Part shown: in pieces, positions 56,525 to 64,000 of the stretch
Layout of the letters: every line of letters begins with the position of its first letter
How positions within the stretch are numbered: the stretch's first letter is position 1
NCBI GenBank assembly: GCA_044892525.1
Contig: CM097885.1
Location: 35,962,001 to 36,026,000, forward strand
DNA: 64,000 nt
Direction: 5' to 3'
Origin: Schmidtea polychroa
Lineage: Eukaryota
Translations under genes and position numbers: made by a program
The notes under the pieces: model-generated
Database searches by the model: none
What the model saw: only the letters and a program-made list of their open reading frames with translations
What the model was told of the DNA's origin: nothing

Positions 56525-57192
56525 CAGTGGTTCCTAACCTTTATAATACTGCTACCCCTGTAACCTGTTAGGAAATCAAATTTTACCCCAATTTTAAAAT
56601 GTTATAAAAACACTCAATGCAAGCGAATTCTAATGTTTATTAATTACAAAGTTGTCATTGCCCAGCAGTTAGTCAGAAAACTGGATACATTGTGGCTACA
56701 TAAAACCACAACAATATTACGAAATTTTAACTATGAATTAATAATAATAATCAGTGTGAGGTTTGAAATTGTTTTGCGTTTACAAGTTTTATCATGTTAG
56801 GTTTAGTGTCACTTAAAGCACATCTCATGTCATGTTCCACATTGAGACGGTTTCTGGCCTTTGTTTTCAATGAAACTAAAGTTGATAAACCACTCTCGCA
56901 TCTGTAAGTGGTGGCAAAAGGTACTATCATTTTTAAAGATCTGTTAGCTATAACAGGATATTCGGCACCTGCTTTAATCCAAAATCTGCTGAGATCATAC
57001 ATTTGATCTCAGTTCGGACAGGTTTATACAGGTTTATACATGTCGAGTATTTGTTTCGAGTGCGGAGGATACCGCATGCGTGATGCGCCGTGACTCAGGA
57101 TTCAGCCTTCGGTTAACAAATTGTTCTCTGTTACCCCTGAAGAATAGCGTGTTTACCCCCGGGGGTAATTACCCCTAGGTTCGGAACCCCTG
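56525..57192 (-). mobile_element. Non-autonomous hAT element (668 bp) retaining the C-terminal dimerisation-domain fragment
   Basis: TIRs CAGTGGTTCCTAACCT and AGGTTCGGAACCCCTG; 8-bp TSD atctatag/atcgatag; ORF 56751-57002 reads FW...YP.....PFATTYRCESG.S....KTK.RNRL. Confidence 0.9.
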
Positions 57193-60100
57193 ATCGATAG
57201 TTATTTGAGATAGTTGGATCACTCAAAAATGTTATGTTTAAATTTTCTGACTAATAAAAATAGAGAAGTGCTTTACAAAAGAATTTTTCATACTATAATC
57301 AAAAAACTGAGTAGACGGACCACGTGTTGAGAACCACTACATAAAATACATGATAAATGTAAAAAAAAGGCTTTGCTCTAATGAATCTTTTGTGTTTTAT
57401 CTTGTAACCCGTATACAAACCGTTTTGATATTTCTTTTTGTGTCTTAAAGTTTGGATACGCATAGTTTAGGCTCGCCATTTAAATATCTCGAGTATTTAA
57501 TGGTCATTTTTGTTAGAAGTGATCGAATTGCATTCCAATTCATTGTTCATTTAAAACAAAATAAATCTAAGTATTAAACAAATTTAATTTTGATGTATTT
57601 CGATGCTGAATATTAAAATTTAGCATTTTATGCCAACAATCTTTAATTTATATTTAACATTTTATAAAAATTAAATCTAACATTTTTTTATATTTTAAAA
57701 TTTAAAATCTTCATTATTCAGACTTTCACTCACATCTCCCGTATTTAAAATCTTTCGTCTTCTCAATATTTCTGAATATTTTCTTGCCTTCTTAGTATTT
57801 TAACAAGTAGATTCTTTCGTGTATTTTTTCTATTATCGTATACGGTCCTATATATTTTCTTAGTCTTTATTTATTAGTATCGTGCCTCTTAATTCAGAGT
57901 TTCTTACATTTTGACTTCTTTAATATTTGCTGTTTCTTCTTCCTTGTACTTAAATATGCTATCTTTATTTATTGCGATATTATTATATCACTTTGATTTG
58001 TTAATCATCCTACCAAATATAATTTGGGCTGAGCTTATATTAAATATTAAAACAAAAAAATATATAATAAATATCATATAAAGTGATGATTTCTTGGTAG
58101 AAGCATTTATTGTTTTATAAATATCATAACATTAACATTTCATTTATTTTTATTACAACCATAGATCAAATTTATGTTACATAATTTTGATCTATAATAG
58201 TAATGAAAAGAAATGAAATATTAAAAGAAAACAAAAATAGGTCAAAGGTGAATAAAAGATAAAGAATTTTACTGTTATTGCGTTATGTTCTATTCATAAT
58301 ATAGTTAGGTATACATAACTAGTTTTGATTCATCAAACCACTTTTATAAAATCCCTTTTCTTATTAAATTTTCTGAATGATCTCTCTGCGAAAGCTACTG
58401 GATTAAACAGGGTTAAAAAAATAAAATATATATTTCCATAAAATTTCCACCTTCTCAAATACTGTTTTATGAAATTGAAAAACTGAATTTCGTCTGGAGG
58501 ATATATCGGTGGTTAAATCTTACTTAATTAGTAAAATCAAATTGCTAAACGGAATCGACAACAACAAATAAGGTTTTCACATTAGTCTGGAAGATTATTA
58601 TCAGAAATGTTAATTATATTTTTGGGTTCAAAAAATGCCAAGTAATTGTGCATTACTTTTTACTTCAGAGCAATTTGAAATTTAAATTGAAATTTGTTTG
58701 CAGATCACTTGGAGTTTCGATGTTTAATATTTATTGAAATAATATTTTTCTTAAAATATACTTGTTAGACAGTTTACTGGATTTCTGAAATTTAAACGAG
58801 CATTAACGTTCCAGAAAGATTAATATTGAGTCATTTGTGTTAATATTTAACTAAGAATATATTATGGTTACAAAATGTTAAATAAAACTAATTAATATTA
58901 ATTTAAATCAGTCAAGATTAATTAACTCTTTCGATAATTTTATTTAGTTCCTATAGATTTATATAATTTTTTGTTCAAACCAAAAATATTAAATAAAGTG
59001 ATGATTTAAGTTTAAAAACTTTTGTTTGTGTTACAAATATGTGTTACAAAAACGATAAATAAATAACCAAAAAGCTGGCTGCACGCTGAAGTATAGAAAT
59101 CGGTTATTCAAACCGCCTTGAAGTTTACTACTAAGCATCAAGGCTGGCCCTAGATGTGCCAACAGCCGGATATGGGTGTCAAAGACAAGACGAGGGTGAT
59201 TCCCGAAAGTTTACACGCGATAGTCTTAATCCCAGAATTGGATAAGACTTTAATTTAAATCAACGCGAAACAACAACAAAAAGAAAACGTGTGCTGACGC
59301 GATACCCTTGTTTTAATTTAATGTATTAATTAATTAAACCTACAAAATTTACCAAAAATGAGAAATTCCTTTAGATTCACAAATTCTGATAAGATATTGA
59401 TGAAAAGTTTCCGCTGAGTAATTCCAAAATTGAAAACAGTTAAATGAAACCAGAATTGGTTCGAAATTAACTAAATACTGAAAGCTAAGGTAAAATCAAT
59501 ATGATCACTATAGATTTTGAGCACTTTCAAACTAATGTTTAATTCTACTGATTTGCAACACCACTTCTGTTTTATGTGTCTTGAAATATATTTGATTTTG
59601 GTTTTTGTATGAATGCCTGTTTTCTGCCTGACTATTTTTGTCATCCGTTTATTTCGATGTCTATTTATATTAAAGTTTTCTAATCTATTCTATAAATAGT
59701 AATTATTTAATTAATATTTTTACTACATATTTTTATTTAAATACTATTTTTATTTATATTCTAAGTATAGTAATTTTTATTTACTATTTTTACTCCATTT
59801 CTTATTATAGTAATTATTAATGATTTATTTCTATTTTAAGTAATTTTTTAAATACTATTTATAATATATCTTTATTCCTTTCCTAAAATCTCTTTATGTC
59901 CTTATCCTGGCTCTTATTGAACCCCAACAATTTTGCTCTCTTTCTTCATGAAAATGGTAAGTCTTGGGTTCTCATATTTTAATTGTAAAGGTCTGAAATT
60001 TATAAGAAAATTGACCATCTAACATATTATTGTTGAGTTAAGTGAACAAACAAAAATCACGGGAAAAATTAAAATGAGTAATAAAAAATAGATCAGATCA

Positions 60101-61344
60101 GCATCAAGACATCAATTAAACCATGAATAAATCAGATAAACAATTAATTTAAAAAATTGAAAGCGCCAAACAAACGAAATATATTTCAAGGAAATTATCC
60201 TCATCATTAGTCTGCCACGATAATCTATGTTAATTGTTATATATGGAAACAATAATGATGTAATTAAATAATCTCAATAAATTCGTTTCTGATTGAATGT
60301 TAATTGTGGGAGATTGTGATTTAATAACCAATGCCTTTCATAAAATTATTTCTCACTTATTATTAAATTTTTATATCTAAACTTTAAAGATTTTAAGTCA
60401 GTTGCACTTTTACACATTTTCCTATGTGTTGATTTTATAACAAAACAGACCATCTGATCCTTCTGACCATATGGTGTTCTGTGATTTAGTTTGTTTACAA
60501 ATGTCCCATTAAATGAAACTATTGATCTTTGCTGTGATTTGTGAAAGAGAATACGCTGAATGATCAGACTTTAGATGAAGTTGCATTTCGTGAATTGTTG
60601 ATTTTTGCCACTTTTAATGTTGCATTTCTTTTTAATTTTTTTTCATCAAGTTGATGGTATCACGTTTATATTCAACTCTTGTATTAATTTTTCTTTCAAA
60701 ATTAGAGAAAAAGATTTCCAAATTTTCTCGTGTAAGGTCTAAGATAAACGTAACTTCGATGATATTTTTTTAATATTTTCCAGTTCTGATAGTGTCCTTT
60801 CTTTTATAAATGATATGAACTGGGCTTCATTCCTATATAAAGTGTACAGTTCAAGAAGAATTTAATTAAGTTAATTCTTTTCTACCATTTTTATATTTGT
60901 TAATTAATTAATACATATAAAGCTAACGGATACATGCCAACACAATACTTCTTATAGCTTTTGTGATTTTAAATATAATAAAACTATGATTACGGGTTTG
61001 ATTTTTAGGTAGTGGTCATTATCTTCTACGTTTGAAATCTCTAGCAAAACTATACATAAGCTTGTTTCTCTTTTGAATAAAAATGACTATTTGTAGAAAT
61101 CGCCAAAAAGGAAATGTAAAAATGATATAAAAAAATAAAGATGGCGACCAATAAACTAGTAAAAGGCAACGGTAAGACCAATCAGGAGAAAAAAGAAGAA
61201 AATTGGCTATAAAAAAAAGAAATTAAAAAATAGCAGATCATGGAAGACCCATCGTTAATCTATTATCACGGAAAGAAAACGAAAATTGGCACAAAAAATT
61301 GAATGATTTCAATTTGGACTAATTGAATGTTTTTGTGTTACTTG

Positions 61345-62403
61345 TGTTGAGGTCCGTAAATTAAAATTGAAAATTTAAATAAAATTTAGAATAATAATTC
61401 AAATGGAAAGGAAGCGAGGAAAAAAGGCAAATAAAAGCGGGATCGTGCACAGAATCAATAGTAAAAGAAAGTGTGATGGAAACAGTATTAGAAAATGCCA
61501 AAAGCAATTACGAAAGGCGAGAATCCGGAAATCCGAGAAAAATCAATAAAGGGAAAAATCATCAAAATCGAATGGGAAAAACGGGACAGGTATAGATTAG
61601 CTAATGGTCAACAAGATGATGGTTAGGGATTTATCAGAAAAGGGTTAAGAAGGGTCGAAAAACATTCAAATGTACGAAAACAGAAAACGTTAATTAATTA
61701 ATTAATTGGCTAATGGAAAACCCGAGCTAATGGGAAACCCGAGCCAATGGAGAACCCGAGAGATAAAGGAAACCCGAGCTGGGTAAACAAGAAGAAAGGC
61801 AAACAAAAGGAAGATTTGGGCCCATTAGCTTGACACAAAGATTAATGGGAAAAGAGTAAGGAGAAGATAGCGCGCGTAGGAAGACCGGTAGGGTCATTAA
61901 TTATCTGGATTCGTTGGACCATTATGGGTGATAGCCGAAGCAAACACGTAGGAGAAAATGTCAAACGAAAGATTGGCTCGGCAATAACCATTTGTCATCC
62001 TGATTTCGAGGAGTATATAAGCAAAGGGAAAATCAGAGAAAATCGGCATTCTGCCTCAGCTAGGGTTCGAAGAATTAGACTGTAGGAAAAGCTGGTAGAC
62101 GAATTAGGGAAAGTAGGGAAAAGAAGAAATAGAATTAAGAATACGGAAAGGCGAAAAGGGATCAAACCAAACAGAAACCGAGGAAAACGAGAGTCAAGAG
62201 AACTAAAGGATCAAAAGGTGAATATTGTTTGTTTGCAAAGCATCAACGCCGAGCGGAGAATCGTATAAAACTTTGATTGGTAATTGTAGCGTGATAATAA
62301 ATTGTGAACCTGTTGTTTCAATATACGTTGGGTCGTTCATTGTTTTAATTTAAAGAACACAGGAGTCAGAGAGAACCGACTTGAAATAATCCAAAACCCA
62401 ACA
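61345..62403 (+). mobile_element. Solo LTR (Gypsy-like, 1059 bp)
   Basis: TGTTGAGG...CCCAACA, 4-bp TSD CTTG, TATA (gagtatataag) near 62011 and AATAAA near 62296. Confidence 0.85.
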
Positions 62404-64000
62404 CTTGTTTTGTTCATCTTCCTTTGCTTTGTGTTCTAAGTCAACTTTTAATGATAACTATCAACCCTGCAATGACCTGACTCTCGCGCCACTGACTCGT
62501 TTTCCCTCCAGGGAATAATCATACCGGAAGATAAAGAACCTTGATTTCAAATTATTAGACATTGACGTAAGCCCTACTATCGGCAGTCTCGAACCCGTTG
62601 AGATGGTCTACTGAGGAGTAGTCTTAACACAGAGGCTCACCTGCTTTATAGCTTTCGGCGACTTAGTACATTTTCAGCATGGTCACAACCATTGGTACTT
62701 AGTCGTTTTGAAACAAGCATATAGTGGCTTACGAAAGTTCGTGATCACACTGGACACTCCTGTTCAAACCTAGTATCAATTTTCCTTTTATCTTCTCTTC
62801 TCGTAAGCGTCAATTATTTGAAACGCGCAGAATTTGTGTGTTTATATTTTATTGACATACTTTTCCCGTGCATAAAAATATCCTAAATTAACAACAACCG
62901 CCCCCTTTTTCTATCTATTTTCTGCTTTTGATTAATCCTCAGAATATAATTATGTGATTCTCTAAGTTTTCAAAACAAAGGAATTATAAATGTCCTTTCT
63001 ATAATAATGGGAGCACGGACGATTATTTTTCAATTTATTTTGTTAATTCTTTTGATGAATGAACCTGTTGTTGATTGAGAAGCTTGTAGCTTGATATATT
63101 AAAAACAAATGTCACAAAATTATTAATATTATTAAAACTTTGACCAGCACAACTAAAAAGTGTAAATTAAAAACTGAAAATTCAATAAATAATAGCAGTT
63201 GAATTATTATAGAATGTTGAATTTTTTATGTCATTATTAATAATTGTAGTTCACATTTGTACATGACACAGGTTGATTATTTATAGTTTTTTATTGTTAT
63301 TAGGAATGATCGGATTCGAATGGGCTACTGAGTTGGCGTTGAGTTCTTACTAGGTGATTTCTGTTTTTCTGATAGTTGTATGTTTTGAATTAATCGAAAA
63401 TTTTATTTTTATAATTTTTCTATTTTATATAACAATAAATTCAATTAATGATCGCAGATCTTAAAAACTCTAATTATAAATGACCTCATTGAAAATCTCC
63501 ATTTGAATGATAGAAATTCGACATTCATAGATCATATTGGAAAATAATGACATTTCCACCTGTCAAGCCAAAAAAATACAATCGATGATAAACATAAAAT
63601 TTCTCAATTGTTTTTATTTTTAGAAATCAATAAAGGCCTTCCTGGACATACTTTTAACTATAGATTACGTCGGATGACACATAGGGTAACTTTTGGAATA
63701 TGAAAGATAAAAGTGTCCAATGGAACAGGTTATTAAAAGAAATGAATTATCAATAAGTTCCATTAGATGGCAAAGCATAAAAACTGGACACAAACTAGGA
63801 GAGACAGGAAAAATTTACGACGGGAGAAATTTGCGAGATTTTAAGAAAATTGATGAGAAGCAGGAAAATAGCTGGAAGAGAGACGAGAAGAAAACTTGCG
63901 TATTAAATTTATAAATCAGAAGTAGTTGAGAAACTCAAATCAAGCTAAAGATAACCAGATCAATTTTCTGAATCGCACATTACTGACAGTAGTCAATTGG

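Noticed and set aside
63590..63960. LINE 3' ORF remnant
   Set aside because: Too degenerate to support a call by eye.

Overview
AT-rich animal (invertebrate) genomic DNA with 38-50 nt introns and long (AAT)n tracts; a flatworm-like host is plausible but cannot be proven from the sequence. The main feature is an apparently intact 19.7-kb Polinton/Maverick endogenous DNA virus (25370-45106) with AGTAG...CTACT ends, ~1.2-1.3 kb TIRs and a 6-bp TSD (TGTTTA). It carries the full core set: pPolB, integrase with chromodomain, packaging ATPase, adenain-like protease, major and minor capsid and core proteins. Manual reconstruction gives 12 predicted GT-AG introns. These reveal genes or gene parts the ORF track misses: a tail-anchored Bcl-2 homologue, a full IAP-type RING protein and a 7-exon pPolB with an acidic SIM-rich leader. 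The element also encodes a TBP-like protein, a GPI-type surface protein and an overprinted myristoylation-motif ORF, and its TIRs are dense arrays of AP-1 and NR5A/ERR-type motifs. Bases 1-11.8 kb hold a deleted, mosaic relative of the element, with a palindromic Penelope insertion (candidate hammerhead ribozymes) in its TIR microsatellite. Host sequences include the last two exons of an aromatic amino acid decarboxylase and a CRF/DH44/ELH-like neuropeptide precursor. Solo LTRs, hAT elements and other transposon debris fill the rest. All splice models and homologies are by-eye inferences; no searches were run.
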